Positions 1 to 10,206 of a DNA stretch of 64,000 bases are shown here, piece after piece. The number at the start of each line of letters is the position of its first letter. Position 1 is the first letter of the stretch. Both the position numbers and the translations under genes were made by a program. The stretch spans positions 3,935 to 67,934 of the forward strand of contig JBHJHD010000040.1 of the NCBI GenBank assembly GCA_050331115.1. The letters run 5' to 3'. The notes under the pieces are model-generated. The model was not told the origin of the DNA, searched no databases, and saw only the letters and a list, made by a program, of their open reading frames with translations. This DNA is from Elainellaceae cyanobacterium. GTDB lineage: Bacteria; Cyanobacteriota; Cyanobacteriia; CAKZMO01.

Positions 1-948
1 CACATACCCCAGCCCCATAAAGCCCGCCGGCGTCTCCACTACGCTCGTCAGCACCCCGGCCCGCTCGCCCTCAGCCGCAATCCGGCTGCCCACCTCAGCC
101 GGCCCCGACAGCTTCAGCCCCCAAAGCTGCTGCTTTGCCCCGCCGTAGGTATTCAGCCGCGCGATGGTTTCCTGTCCGATGTAGCAGCCCTTGTCAAACG
201 ACACTGCCTGCCACAGCCCCGCCTCCAGCGGGTTGTAGTCCTCCGTCAGCTCCTGCCCCGGCGCCGGACGCCCCTGCACCACCCTCAGCTCCTCCCAAAG
301 GCGATCGCCCAGGGGCACTGCGCCCGATTTGGTCAGCCGCTGCCACAGCATCGCCGCCTGCGACCCGTTGACCATCAGCGTATATCCTGGCGACGCCAGC
401 CCGCTGCCCACCGCTACGCGCACTGTCAGCCCCTCTACCGTCGTGGACTCGTGGTGGTGCAGCGGCTGTCCAATGACGCCTTCAAGCCCCAAAGCGTTTA
501 GCAGCCTGTCGCTCTGCGGCCCCAGCAGGCTGAACGCGGCCGTCTCCGCCGTCGCGTCCTTGAGCTGCACCTTGTCTGAGAAGAAAATAAATCGGTCCAT
601 CCAGGCCAGCAGCGACTCCCGGCAGCCCGGGTGGCACAGCAGCAGCACCGCGTCCGCCGTGGCGTAGGCGCTTACTAGGTCCAGCGTGCGGGCGGTGGAG
701 GTGACAAACACCGTTTCGCAGCCCTGCCCCGGCTGCAGGGTCATGAAGTCGTTAGTGCTCTGATTGTGTAAAAAGCGAATGCGATCGCCGTCGGACACTT
801 CGATACGGCCCCAGTGGGAGCGATCGCACAGGGCAGCGCCAGAGGCTGCCGCGTCTCGGGCCGCCGCGTCGTTGCCAAAGCTTAGGGCAACGTTACCTTT
901 AAACGACGCGCCCTGCGTGGCCTGCACATCCCGCAGCGATTCTGACAT
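1..948 (-). CDS. ygfZ: YgfZ/GcvT-like folate-binding protein (partial; 3' end beyond window)
   Basis: Absent from the ORF track because it is open to the window edge. My reverse-strand translation from ATG 948-946 reads MSESLRDVQATQGASFKGNVALSFGND...HWGRIEVSDGDRIRFLHNQSTNDF... and contains the family signature FDKGCYIGQETIARL. The plus-strand ORFs listed here are antisense artefacts. Confidence 0.75.
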   Translation of the reverse strand, partial: MSESLRDVQATQGASFKGNVALSFGNDAAARDAAASGAALCDRSHWGRIEVSDGDRIRFLHNQSTNDFMTLQPGQGCETVFVTSTARTLDLVSAYATADAVLLLCHPGCRESLLAWMDRFIFFSDKVQLKDATAETAAFSLLGPQSDRLLNALGLEGVIGQPLHHHESTTVEGLTVRVAVGSGLASPGYTLMVNGSQAAMLWQRLTKSGAVPLGDRLWEELRVVQGRPAPGQELTEDYNPLEAGLWQAVSFDKGCYIGQETIARLNTYGGAKQQLWGLKLSGPAEVGSRIAAEGERAGVLTSVVETPAGFMGLGYV

Positions 949-980
949 TAGCCCCGACCTCTCCCTCTAAAGAGCAAACC

Positions 981-2072
981 CTAAACGTTGAACCGAAACA
1001 GCATCACATCGCCCTCTTTGACGACGTACTCCTTCCCTTCGCTGCGCACCAGCCCCTTGTCCTTCGCAGAGCCCATCGAGCCCAACTCCACCAGATCGCT
1101 ATAGGCCACCGTCTCCGCCCGAATAAACCCCCGCTCAAAGTCCGAGTGGATTACCCCCGCCGCCTGGGGGGCCACCATCCCGGCGCGGATGGTCCAGGCG
1201 CGGGTCTCTTTAGGGCCGGTGGTAAAATATGTCCGCAGCCCAAGCAGCGTATAGGTGGCGCGAATCAGGGTTTTCAATCCGCCCTCACTGACGCCCAGGG
1301 CGTCTAAGAAATCGGCCCGCTCGTCTTCCGGCAGCTCCACCAGCTCCGCCTCCACCTGCGCCGAGACGATCACCACCTGGGCGTTATCGGCCACCGCCAC
1401 CTCGCGCACCTGCTCTACCCACGGGTTGCCTGCGGCCAGGTCGTCTTCAGACACGTTGGCCGCATAGATAATTGGCTTGCGCGTCAGCAGACCTAGGGGC
1501 TTAATAATCAGCTCCTCTTCCTCGTCCAACGCCACCTGCCGCGCCGATCGCCCCTCGTCGAGCACCGGCTGCACCTTCTCTAGCACCGCCAGCTCCGCCT
1601 GGGCCTCTTTATTCGAGCGGGCCTGCTTGCGGATGCGCTCTATGCGCCGCTCAATCTGGCTCAGGTCCGACAGCGCCAGCTCCAGGTTGATCACCTCAAT
1701 ATCGCGCACCGGGTCGATGGAGCCCGAGACGTGGATAATGTCGTCATCTTCGAAGCAGCGCACCACGTGAATGATGGCGTCCACCTCGCGAATGTTAGCC
1801 AAAAACTGGTTGCCTAAGCCTTCCCCCTGGCTAGCGCCCTTCACCAGCCCCGCGATGTCCACAAACTCGATGCGAGCGGGAACGGTCTGGTCTGATTCGG
1901 AGATATGGGTCAGCGCATCGAGCCGTTCGTCGGGAACCGCCACCACGCCCACGTTGGGCTCAATCGTACAAAAGGGAAAGTTGGCGGCCTGTGCCTTAGC
2001 GTTGGCGACGACAGCGTTGAATAGGGTTGACTTACCCACGTTGGGCAGTCCGACAATTCCGGCTCTAAGCAT
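981..2072 (-). CDS. ychF: Ribosome-binding ATPase YchF
   Basis: 363 aa. N-terminus [20 protein letters not shown] has the P-loop, and the C-terminal TGS-like region is typical of YchF/OLA1. Confidence 0.95.
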   Translation of the reverse strand: MLRAGIVGLPNVGKSTLFNAVVANAKAQAANFPFCTIEPNVGVVAVPDERLDALTHISESDQTVPARIEFVDIAGLVKGASQGEGLGNQFLANIREVDAIIHVVRCFEDDDIIHVSGSIDPVRDIEVINLELALSDLSQIERRIERIRKQARSNKEAQAELAVLEKVQPVLDEGRSARQVALDEEEELIIKPLGLLTRKPIIYAANVSEDDLAAGNPWVEQVREVAVADNAQVVIVSAQVEAELVELPEDERADFLDALGVSEGGLKTLIRATYTLLGLRTYFTTGPKETRAWTIRAGMVAPQAAGVIHSDFERGFIRAETVAYSDLVELGSMGSAKDKGLVRSEGKEYVVKEGDVMLFRFNV

Positions 2073-2178
2073 AAGTTATAGATGAGGGGCCACGGAACGA
2101 GAGCGATAATTGGGGCCACAGCATACCAGTATAGAGCCTCGCCCCAGCTCTGTTACCGCTTGTCCTATCGTTTTTCGT

Positions 2179-3687
2179 CTACCGCTGCACTGACGCCAAA
2201 TTGACAGGGAGGCGAATCGTGAACTCAGTCCCGTGCCCCGGCGTCGAAGCCACTTCAATCGTGCCGCAATGGTTTTTCGTAATGATTTGGTGGACAATCG
2301 CCAGCCCTAGCCCGGTCCCCTGGCCTACGGGCTTGGTGGTAAACAGGTAGTCAAAGATTTTGGACTGTACATCTGGTGGGATGCCCAGCCCGCTGTCGCC
2401 AATGCGAACTTCGATGGACTGGGGCAAGTCCTTGGTGGATCGGTGGCTAGGAGTAAGCTGCCATGGCGCTCGACCTAGGTCAGGACTTGAACTTACGCTT
2501 GTACAGATTGTAATTTGATATGGGAAAGCCTCGCCACTGCGATCGCCGCGCTCTTGAAATGGCTTAGACGCGTCAGCACCCGCATCCCCAGACCTGCTCT
2601 TTTCGTCCAAAGCATCCACCGCGTTGACCAGTATATTCATCAGCACCTGATCGATTTGCCCTGGAAAGCAGTCTATGGCGGGTAGGCTATCGTATTGTTT
2701 GATCACCTCAATCGACGGACGATAGGCATTGGCCTTCAGCCGATGAGACAGCAGCACCAACGTATTGTCGATGCCCTCATGGATATCGAGCCCATCTCTT
2801 TTCTCGTCATCGCTACGGGTAAATCGCCTTAGGGAAGTACTGACGGCGTAAATGCGCTCAGCGCCTCGCTGGAGTGAGGCGATCGCGTTGGGTAGATCCT
2901 CTAAGAGGTAGTCGAGCTCTATAGCCGCTGCGTGGTCTTCAATTTCGGCCTGGGTCGCCTGTTGATGCACGAGCTGAGTGTGCTGAATGAGCGCCTCGGC
3001 ATAGGCGCTGACGTGGGGCAGATTGTTTTGGATGAAATTCAGAGGATTGTTGATTTCATGGGCAACGCCGGCCACAAACTGCCCTATGGCCGACATTTTT
3101 TCGCTCTGGATCAGCTGTAGCTGCGAGAGCTTAAGCTGATCCAATGCCTGTGAAAGCGCTTGGGTCTGGTCGGCGACACGCTGCTCTAGGGTACGCCGCA
3201 TGTGCGCTAGCTGCAGATGTAGGTTGACGCGAGCGAGAACGTCGCCGTACTGAAACGGCTTAGTAATATAATCTACCGCACCGATGCTGAGCCCCTTAAC
3301 TTTATCGACCTCATCCGACAGCGCCGTCATAAATATAATGGGTATTGCCTGAGTCGCAGGAGATGTCTTGATTTGCTGACACACCTCAAACCCGTTGATT
3401 TGCGGCATCATAACGTCCATCAAAATCAGATCTGGCGTGATCTCCTGCAGCTTGGTGAGCGCACTCTTCCCCCCTTGGGCCACCAATACCCGATAGCCCT
3501 CCTCCTGCAGCAGATTGAATAACAGCTTGATGTTGGTGGGGTGGTCATCGACAATCATAATCACCGACTTAGCGATCGCCTCAGGTGGCGAGCCCAGCTC
3601 CCTCGCTACCATCGAAGACGACCCGACTGATAAAATCTCAGGCCGTGATTGCGCTATTGTGTCTGAATGAAAATTTGAGCTAGCCAT
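2179..3687 (-). CDS. Response-regulator receiver fused to histidine kinase (REC-HisKA-HATPase)
   Basis: REC motif IMIVDDHPTNIKLL...LILMDVMMPQINGFEV, H-box VAGVAHEINNPLNF, and G-boxes DSGLGIP / GTGLGLAI. Confidence 0.85.
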   Translation of the reverse strand: MASSNFHSDTIAQSRPEILSVGSSSMVARELGSPPEAIAKSVIMIVDDHPTNIKLLFNLLQEEGYRVLVAQGGKSALTKLQEITPDLILMDVMMPQINGFEVCQQIKTSPATQAIPIIFMTALSDEVDKVKGLSIGAVDYITKPFQYGDVLARVNLHLQLAHMRRTLEQRVADQTQALSQALDQLKLSQLQLIQSEKMSAIGQFVAGVAHEINNPLNFIQNNLPHVSAYAEALIQHTQLVHQQATQAEIEDHAAAIELDYLLEDLPNAIASLQRGAERIYAVSTSLRRFTRSDDEKRDGLDIHEGIDNTLVLLSHRLKANAYRPSIEVIKQYDSLPAIDCFPGQIDQVLMNILVNAVDALDEKSRSGDAGADASKPFQERGDRSGEAFPYQITICTSVSSSPDLGRAPWQLTPSHRSTKDLPQSIEVRIGDSGLGIPPDVQSKIFDYLFTTKPVGQGTGLGLAIVHQIITKNHCGTIEVASTPGHGTEFTIRLPVNLASVQR

Positions 3688-3816
3688 TCGCTGATTGCTA
3701 TTGCCACGCTTGCGCTGTCAATGCCGTGGCGCTATTGAGCCGTGCTATCGTCTCACGCCATCAAGATATACTGATGCTAATTTATGCCCTTATTATACCG
3801 CTTTAGCACTTCCTAT

Positions 3817-6627
3817 TTAGATATCCAGCTTACTTTTGTTATGTTGCTTTAACTTGTCCTGCTTCAACAGGGTAAGAATGCCCTGCTCATCCAGGCTATC
3901 GACTAGGCTCAGGAGATGCTGGGCAAAAGGGCCATAGATAGCGTCGGTCTGCTCAAGGCGGAGCGCTTCTTGCGCCACCGCCCTGATGTCGCCGACGCAA
4001 GCGGCCTGGTGGAGCAAGGCCAGCTCATCTGCGGGTGGAACGGGATAGCGGGAAGCATAGGACAACCGGCTCGGGGTGCGGGGCTGAATGGGGTCAGAGT
4101 ATTGCCACGTCAGCTCCAGCTTCTGGCGCAGTAGCTCGAGCAGTTCCTCAGAGCGGATAGGCTTAAGCAAAAAGCCGTCATACTGCCCGGGGTTATCAAT
4201 AGCTGAAGTGCTCGTCGAAGAGGCAATGATGACAGCGGTGGCCGTCTTAAAAAGGGCAAGCACCTGCGCCGCCTCATCTACCGACCTAGTCGGATCAAGA
4301 ATGACGAGATGAGGCGGCGCAGCTCGGTTGATGGCGATCGCCTGCTCAAATTCTGCCGCGGTGAGATCGCTCTCTAATACCTCAAAGCCAAGCGGCTGCA
4401 GCAAATGCCTCACTACCGAGCGGTTTTCCCAGCGATCATCAATCACTAGAATGCGCCGCCGTTCCCCGCTATAGCCGATGGGAGAGGGCCGTCGAAGGTC
4501 GCTTGAAGCGCGAGCTAGGTTGGGCGTCTCGGGCACCGTGAGGTCAAACCAAAACCGACTACCCTTAGAGGGCGTACTCACGACCTCGATCTCGCTTCCC
4601 ATATGCTGAAGAAGCCGTTGGCTAATGGCAAGTCCCAGCCCGGTTCCGTCTTGAGGGCGGGTTGACCTGTCAAGTTGTTCGAAAGGCAGAAAAATGCGCT
4701 CAAGCTGCTCTGAAGCAATCCCAATACCGGTATCGTCGACCTGAAAACGCAGAATGACGCTCGTCTCTAAAGGCTCATCCTGCGTCTGAGCGTCGACCGA
4801 TAGACGGTCTAAAACGCTGACGGTGAAGGTGACGCTACCGCGCTCGGTAAATTTGACCGCGTTATTTAAAATGTTGATCAAGACCTGGCGCAGACGGACC
4901 TCGTCGGCATAAATGCCAGCGGGAAGCTCTGAGTCAGCGCAATAGACAAATTCAATGCTTTGGACTTTGGCCTTTAAGCGACAGAGCTGGACGATGCTTT
5001 CGAGGAAAAGCGGGAAGGGGAAAGCCTGAGGCTGCAGCTCTAGCTTGCGGGCCTCGATCTTCGAGATGTCTAGAATGTCGTTGATCAGCATCAGCAAATG
5101 CTGCCCGCACTGACGAATAACGTTCAGTCCTTCAGTCTGCCGCAGGGTAGCGGCGCTGTCCCGCCCTAGGATTTGGGCATAGCCTAGTATGCCGTTGAGG
5201 GGTGTGCGTAGCTCGTGACTGACGCGGGCTAAAAAATCGCTTTTAGCTTGGTTGGCACCGTCTGCCGCCTCTTTTGCCTCGTGGAGCTGCGATGTGCGAC
5301 GCGCAACGCGCTGCTCTAGCATCTCGTTCGTTTCAGAGAGCTGGCTGAACGACTGCCGCAGCTGCGCGGCCATCTGATTAAATGAGATGGCCAAAATTCT
5401 CAGCTCGCTAATGCCGCGACTTGTGACCGTCTGGTCGAGTTCTCCGGAGGCGATCGCCTGACTGGCGTAGGTGAGCTTGGCAATGGGGTTGGCAATCCAG
5501 CGCGTGCTCAGCAGTCCGATGGCGATCGCACCTGCCAGCGTCGCGAGGCAAAGCAGCACTGTGGTTCGAGTATTGGCCTGGATTTGGCCTACAAAATCCT
5601 GCTCGGGTACCGCAATCACCACGAGCCAATCCAGGCCCAAGGCATCCTGCCAGGGGATTACCTGAACCAAGTGACGCTGCCTAGCGCTAGACTCTGGATT
5701 TCGGAGCGCTATCCGCAGGGACTGTTCGCCCTCAACGTTGCGAAAATCGCCAAACTGGGTCTGTAGATGCTGGGCTGTAAGCTGGGTGAGGCGATCGCGG
5801 CTCTCCAAGGCGCTGAGGCGCTCAACGCCGCCGTCTGTAGGCCGAAACATAGGCTCAGCCTCAGAATTGGCGATCATCAGCCCGCTGCGCTCAATGACAA
5901 AAACTTTTGTAGAGGGGCTGATATCGACGGTCTGTAGAAACTGGCTGATTTGCGAGAGCAGTAGGTCAGTGTAGAGTACCGCGACTACGTTGTCGGCAGC
6001 GTCATAAAGCGGCTGGGTCACCGACACAGCGATAATCTCTGGGAAATTATCCCAGGAGTAGACCTGGCTCCACACCGGCTTTTGCGCCGCAACGGTGTTC
6101 CTATACCAAGCTTCTGTGTGGGGTTTGTAGGGGTCGATGCCGATCACATCGACTCGATTCCCTCGGTCGTCGGTACTGTAGGTGTAGCCGAGCCAGTTGG
6201 TGTCCTCCGAAACCTCATCAGTACTGGCATTCTCAGTGTCGTAGAAATAGCCAGCTCCGGCAAACTCGCCAGTCGCTAGAGAATAGCCAATATAGCTGAC
6301 GTCAAAGGTTTGAATCTGCTGCCAGAAATATTGCCCGGTAGCCTCAAAGTCCTGTAGATCGAGCAGGCCCAGCTCTGCCGCGCTAGCGTTGATGCGGTTA
6401 ATGTGCTGAGGCGTAGCGAGATAGGTGTCCAAATGTTGCTCGATGGCTTGTCCAGCTTCGCTCATCAGCTCGTTGGCTAGGCTATCAATAGCGCGCTGGC
6501 CGTTCCTGAGCGACAAATAGCCCACTAGCCCCACTGCAGTCAGCGTCTGCAGTAAAAAAGAGACGATTAGAAAAAAACGAAGCGGAATTTCCGTAGCGGG
6601 CTTACCCAATCGCATTACTTGCTTCAC
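3817..6627 (-). CDS. Hybrid sensor histidine kinase (periplasmic Cache-like sensor, HAMP, HisKA, HATPase, C-terminal REC-like domain)
   Basis: 936 aa. Two TM segments flank a roughly 300-aa extracytoplasmic region. H-box SHELRTPLNGILGY, G-boxes DTGIGI / GTGLGLAI, then RILVIDDRWENRSVV receiver-like region. Confidence 0.85.
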   Translation of the reverse strand: MKQVMRLGKPATEIPLRFFLIVSFLLQTLTAVGLVGYLSLRNGQRAIDSLANELMSEAGQAIEQHLDTYLATPQHINRINASAAELGLLDLQDFEATGQYFWQQIQTFDVSYIGYSLATGEFAGAGYFYDTENASTDEVSEDTNWLGYTYSTDDRGNRVDVIGIDPYKPHTEAWYRNTVAAQKPVWSQVYSWDNFPEIIAVSVTQPLYDAADNVVAVLYTDLLLSQISQFLQTVDISPSTKVFVIERSGLMIANSEAEPMFRPTDGGVERLSALESRDRLTQLTAQHLQTQFGDFRNVEGEQSLRIALRNPESSARQRHLVQVIPWQDALGLDWLVVIAVPEQDFVGQIQANTRTTVLLCLATLAGAIAIGLLSTRWIANPIAKLTYASQAIASGELDQTVTSRGISELRILAISFNQMAAQLRQSFSQLSETNEMLEQRVARRTSQLHEAKEAADGANQAKSDFLARVSHELRTPLNGILGYAQILGRDSAATLRQTEGLNVIRQCGQHLLMLINDILDISKIEARKLELQPQAFPFPLFLESIVQLCRLKAKVQSIEFVYCADSELPAGIYADEVRLRQVLINILNNAVKFTERGSVTFTVSVLDRLSVDAQTQDEPLETSVILRFQVDDTGIGIASEQLERIFLPFEQLDRSTRPQDGTGLGLAISQRLLQHMGSEIEVVSTPSKGSRFWFDLTVPETPNLARASSDLRRPSPIGYSGERRRILVIDDRWENRSVVRHLLQPLGFEVLESDLTAAEFEQAIAINRAAPPHLVILDPTRSVDEAAQVLALFKTATAVIIASSTSTSAIDNPGQYDGFLLKPIRSEELLELLRQKLELTWQYSDPIQPRTPSRLSYASRYPVPPADELALLHQAACVGDIRAVAQEALRLEQTDAIYGPFAQHLLSLVDSLDEQGILTLLKQDKLKQHNKSKLDI

Positions 6628-6933
6628 TGTCCGTGACCCAGCTTTCTACGATGATAGGCCATACCTCTCGATATCGCCTCGGGTATTCGCCCCTCTAAAT
6701 TAAAGCTGTGTACCCCAGTAGATGATGGTAGTCTGCATGCCCGATCAAAAAGCGGCTTTTGTCGCTCAGACGGCGATCGCGGCTGCTCTAATCTCCAAAC
6801 TTGAGTCAAAAACAGAGGATTTTGCAGCAATCTTCACAAAAGTCGCGATTTATCGCTTAAGCTAGCCGTAGAATTGCGGTGTTTCGATTTTTTGTAAGCT
6901 GAGTCAACCTGCAAACTCTTTTCAAGGATTGCT

Positions 6934-7734
6934 ATGAAGCTACCCGCGTGGTTTTTCGTTGCCCTCGCCGCCGCATTTTGGTTTACGATTGCGGCCGTTG
7001 CGACGCCATCCCAGGCCCAGCCCTCGCTGCAGCTGTCGTCGCTCAAAGTAGTCGACCTCACCCAGCCGATGCCGGAAGCAATCCCGCTTTGGCCTGGGGA
7101 TCCCGACTATGAGATCGAACCCTGGGCGACCTATGACGAAGACGGCTACTTTATCAATCGCATTTCTATTGGAGAGCATAGCGCCACCCACTGGGGCACG
7201 CCCAACACCTTCATCGAAGGGGCGACTAGCGCTGACCAAGTGCCGGTTGAAAAGCTGGTGGTTCCCGCCGTTGTGATAGACGTTCGAGAGCAGGTACAGC
7301 AGAGCGAAGACTACCGCCTGACCCTTGACGATCTCCAGGCTTGGGAACAAGAGCATGGTCAGATCCCCGTCGGCAGCGTTGCAATCCTGTTCACCGGCTG
7401 GCAAGATCGGTGGGCTAACCCTGCCACATTCATTAACCAAGATGCTGAAGGGGTTTTACACTGGCCCGGCTTTGGCACAGATACGGCGGAGTTTTTGATT
7501 GAGCAGCGCCAGATCGTAGGCCTGGGAACAGACACCCACGGGGCTGACCCCGGTAACGATGAAAACTTCGGCGCGAGCTTTGCCATGTACGCTGCGGACG
7601 GCATCATTTTGGAGTGCCTTGGTGGATTAGATCAGCTGCCGCCCGTGGGCGCAACGCTGGTCATTGGGGGCTGGCCTATTGCGGGCGGTTCGGGAAGCCC
7701 AGCGCGGGTAATTGGGCTGATTGCTCAGCAGTAG
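6934..7734 (+). CDS. Secreted cyclase-family protein (kynurenine formamidase-like fold) with divergent metal motif
   Basis: N-terminal signal-like MKLPAWFFVALAAAFWFTIAAVATPSQA. Family-typical VVDLTQPM..PLWPGDP, ILFTGWQDRW and VGLGTDTHGADP. The HxGTHxDxPxH position reads EHSATHWGTPNTF. Confidence 0.65.
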   Translation: MKLPAWFFVALAAAFWFTIAAVATPSQAQPSLQLSSLKVVDLTQPMPEAIPLWPGDPDYEIEPWATYDEDGYFINRISIGEHSATHWGTPNTFIEGATSADQVPVEKLVVPAVVIDVREQVQQSEDYRLTLDDLQAWEQEHGQIPVGSVAILFTGWQDRWANPATFINQDAEGVLHWPGFGTDTAEFLIEQRQIVGLGTDTHGADPGNDENFGASFAMYAADGIILECLGGLDQLPPVGATLVIGGWPIAGGSGSPARVIGLIAQQ

Positions 7735-7752
7735 CTGAGCGCTGAGAAACGA

Positions 7753-8061
7753 TCACAGTGGTGAAATTGAACCTGTATCAGTTCGGTCCTTTGGCTGGCT
7801 CAAACATGTCTTAAAACCCGTGGGTGAAATCAAAGCTGCTGCTTCATCGCCGTCGACGCCAAAAATATAGGCCTGCCCCGTGCCGGTGCGATCGCCCACC
7901 GTTTGGCTCACGTCGCTAGCGCTAGCAACCTCAGTGCTGCCGTCTAATTCTGTAGTCAGCACCGCGCTGGTATGCACTGCCTTGGCGCTTTGGGGAAGCG
8001 CTCCCAACCCTGAAATTAGGGCGCTAATGCCCCATTTGAGACCGTCAAACTGAATCTCCAT
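7753..8061 (-). CDS. Hypothetical protein
   Basis: ORF only (ATG at 8061, one codon inside the TTG-started track ORF). No motif recognised. Confidence 0.3.
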   Translation of the reverse strand: MEIQFDGLKWGISALISGLGALPQSAKAVHTSAVLTTELDGSTEVASASDVSQTVGDRTGTGQAYIFGVDGDEAAALISPTGFKTCLSQPKDRTDTGSISPL

Positions 8062-8275
8062 CAAAATTCTCTTCTGAGCTAGTTTACCTAAAGTACACTT
8101 GAGCTCATGATTTAGATTCGAAGGCTAGCTTGGGGTCCATCACATGCTGGGTTCATAGCTGCTGACAAATTTGAGTGAATCCAAACTGCTGCTAGTAGCG
8201 TACTACTAATGACGGTGAACTTGGTGAACTTATAGAGCAAGCTTATTCAAACAGCTTTTGGTTTATGAATTTGGC

Positions 8276-8305
8276 AATTATGACTTGGGTAATTATGACT
8301 TGGGT
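8276..8305. repeat. 15-bp perfect tandem duplication aattatgacttgggt x2
   Basis: Read directly at 8276-8290 and 8291-8305, in the intergenic region upstream of the ECF sigma gene. Confidence 0.9.
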
Positions 8306-8417
8306 AAAGGAGGATCTCGCGTAGGGTAAAGAGCGTCGCGACCCGTTCCACCAAAAGCCGTCTGTCTTATCTCTGACAAGCTATAGGCGTTTAGGGGATT
8401 TATGAAATTTGCTGACC

Positions 8418-8440
8418 GAACGGTAAGATAGGCATGGCGT
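8418..8440 (+). promoter_or_regulatory. Candidate ECF-type promoter (GAAC-N16-CGT)
   Basis: GAAC at 8418-8421, a 16-nt spacer, then CGT at 8438-8440, about 20 nt upstream of the sigma ATG. Pattern match only. Confidence 0.25.
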
Positions 8441-8458
8441 TGGCGTATCCGGTCGTCT

Positions 8459-9052
8459 ATGGATTTTGACAAATCTCATCACAGCGATCGCGCTCCGACA
8501 GATGCGCGTCTATGGCGGGCCATTGCGCGGGGAGATACAGATGCCCTAGGAACCCTCTACGATCGCCACGCCGGTTTGGTTTATGGCATTGCGATCAAAA
8601 TTTTGGGCAACGCCCAAGAAGCCGAAGATCTGGCCCAAGACATTTTTCTCAAGCTAGCGGATAAGTCGTCCTACGACCCTAAGCGCGGCTCTATAAGAAC
8701 GTTTTTAGTCATTCTGACCCGCTCCCGCGCCCTCGATCGAGTGCGATCGCGGCAGCGGCGACAGCGGTCTGGGCTGCTCAGCACCCATCCCGAAGCCCTT
8801 TCACCCGGAGAGCCAGCGTCAGCAGAGCTAGCTCCGATGGAAGCCGCCTTTCAGCGGGAGCAGAGTCGCGAGGTTCAGAGCGCCTTAGCTACTCTCTCTG
8901 ACAGCCAGCGCCAGGTTTTAGAGATGACCTACTACGGCGGACTCACGCAGGCCGCTATTGCTGAGCAGCTCAATATCCCGTTGGGAACCGTTAAGTCTAG
9001 GGTACGGCGCGGATTGCTCAACCTACGTAATGCAATTCAGGAGCAGTCTTGA
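8459..9052 (+). CDS. ECF (sigma-70 family) RNA polymerase sigma factor
   Basis: Region 2 (AEDLAQDIFLKL...) and region 4 HTH (SQRQVLEMTYYGGLTQAAIAEQLNIPLGTVKSRVRRGL). Confidence 0.9.
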   Translation: MDFDKSHHSDRAPTDARLWRAIARGDTDALGTLYDRHAGLVYGIAIKILGNAQEAEDLAQDIFLKLADKSSYDPKRGSIRTFLVILTRSRALDRVRSRQRRQRSGLLSTHPEALSPGEPASAELAPMEAAFQREQSREVQSALATLSDSQRQVLEMTYYGGLTQAAIAEQLNIPLGTVKSRVRRGLLNLRNAIQEQS

Positions 9053-9101
9053 TGTCCATAAAACTAGTTGTACAGGGGGCGATAACAGCGTGACTGGGTC
9101 G

Positions 9102-9902
9102 ATGTCTACAGAGGAGCAGCAGATCTTAATTGCGGGCTACGTCCTGGGCGATTTGAGCCCGGATGAGGCCGCTGTTGTAGCACAGATGATGGCCGCAAAT
9201 CCAGCGGTCGTTCAAGACATCGAGCAGATGCAGCAGGCCCTTGATCTGTCCTACCCTCTCACTGAGGTCCAGCCGCCGAGTCGGCTGCGCGCCGCGATTC
9301 TCAATGCCCATCAAACTGGCAAGCCGCCTGTGAGCGCCAGCTCGACCCCGAGCCTAAGACCCGTGCTAGACGTGGGTCGCCCGTCGCGATCCACCCCGGC
9401 AAGGGTCGGGGCGCCCCGACCTTCGTCTCGTCGGCGTGGACTCAAAGGTTTGGGCAGCATTGCGGCCCTGCTGATTCTCGGATTGGGCATTGGTAACTAT
9501 ACTCTATGGCGATCGCTGCGGACCCTACAGGCCGAAAGACAGGCCACTACTTTTCAAACGGTGTCCCTCACGTCAGCGGCAGACACTGCTCCGGACGGCG
9601 CGGTCACGGTAGAGCTAGATTCCGCCAACCTACAGGCGCTGCTGGAGACAGAGCTTCCCCCTCTACCCGAGGGTCAGGTCTATGTGCTGTGGACGGTGCT
9701 ACAGCCTGAAGCCCCGTTTACAAAAGACGAGAAGGGCGCGATTCTCACCCACGTATTTACGGGCGGGGACGAGGACCAGTCTATTCCCCTACCGCCGGTG
9801 TACCGCGATAGCCGCTGGATTAAGGCGATCGCCGTGACGGTGGAAGACGCTAATGCGCCCCAGCGCCATAGCGCTAGCCCAATCTTAATTGAAACGCTGT
9901 AG
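9102..9902 (+). CDS. Anti-sigma factor, RskA-like (N-terminal anti-sigma domain, one TM, C-terminal RskA-type domain)
   Basis: MSTEEQQILIAGYVLGDLSPDEAAVV, TM segment LGSIAALLILGLGIGNYTLW, and C-terminal VYVLWTV...KAIAVTVE. The track ORF start at 8958 lies inside the sigma gene; ATG 9102 (or GTG 9090) is more plausible. Confidence 0.75.
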   Translation: MSTEEQQILIAGYVLGDLSPDEAAVVAQMMAANPAVVQDIEQMQQALDLSYPLTEVQPPSRLRAAILNAHQTGKPPVSASSTPSLRPVLDVGRPSRSTPARVGAPRPSSRRRGLKGLGSIAALLILGLGIGNYTLWRSLRTLQAERQATTFQTVSLTSAADTAPDGAVTVELDSANLQALLETELPPLPEGQVYVLWTVLQPEAPFTKDEKGAILTHVFTGGDEDQSIPLPPVYRDSRWIKAIAVTVEDANAPQRHSASPILIETL

Positions 9903-10206
9903 CGCTCTGTGAGCCCCCATTGGCCTCCTCAACCCCATAAAGGTCAAGGCGTCCGGCAAAAATTAGATATTGCGCTAGCCACAAATCTACGCGTCAGAAC
10001 CCAGGCGATCGCGGCCCGGCTAGAGATTGAGACGCTGCCTCAGGTCTACGTGGCGTGCCTAGGCGATCGGGCCCTGAATTGAGGTCAATCGTGCGGCTAA
10101 AGGAATCGGTGGTGGAAAGCGCTGAGGGACCCTGCCGCCGGAGGTGGCGCTGCAGGGTGCTGCGCTGTGGGATATGACAAAGTGCACACATATTTTTTAA
10201 GGGGGG

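Noticed and set aside
135-970. Three plus-strand ORFs (135..371, 329..667, 764..970)
   Set aside because: They are Pro/Ala/Ser-rich translations antisense to the edge-truncated ygfZ-like gene, which carries the KGCYIGQE signature.
6940-7440. 166-aa ORF antisense to the cyclase-family gene
   Set aside because: It has no motifs, and the opposite strand has clear family similarity and a signal peptide.
8958-9101. N-terminal extension of the anti-sigma ORF overlapping the sigma gene
   Set aside because: The extension lies inside the sigma factor coding region in another frame. The conserved anti-sigma N-terminus begins at MSTEEQQ (9102).
9994-10191. 65-aa minus-strand ORF between the anti-sigma and methyltransferase genes
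   Set aside because: It is Arg/Pro/Ser-rich, has no RBS and no motif, and is probably non-coding.
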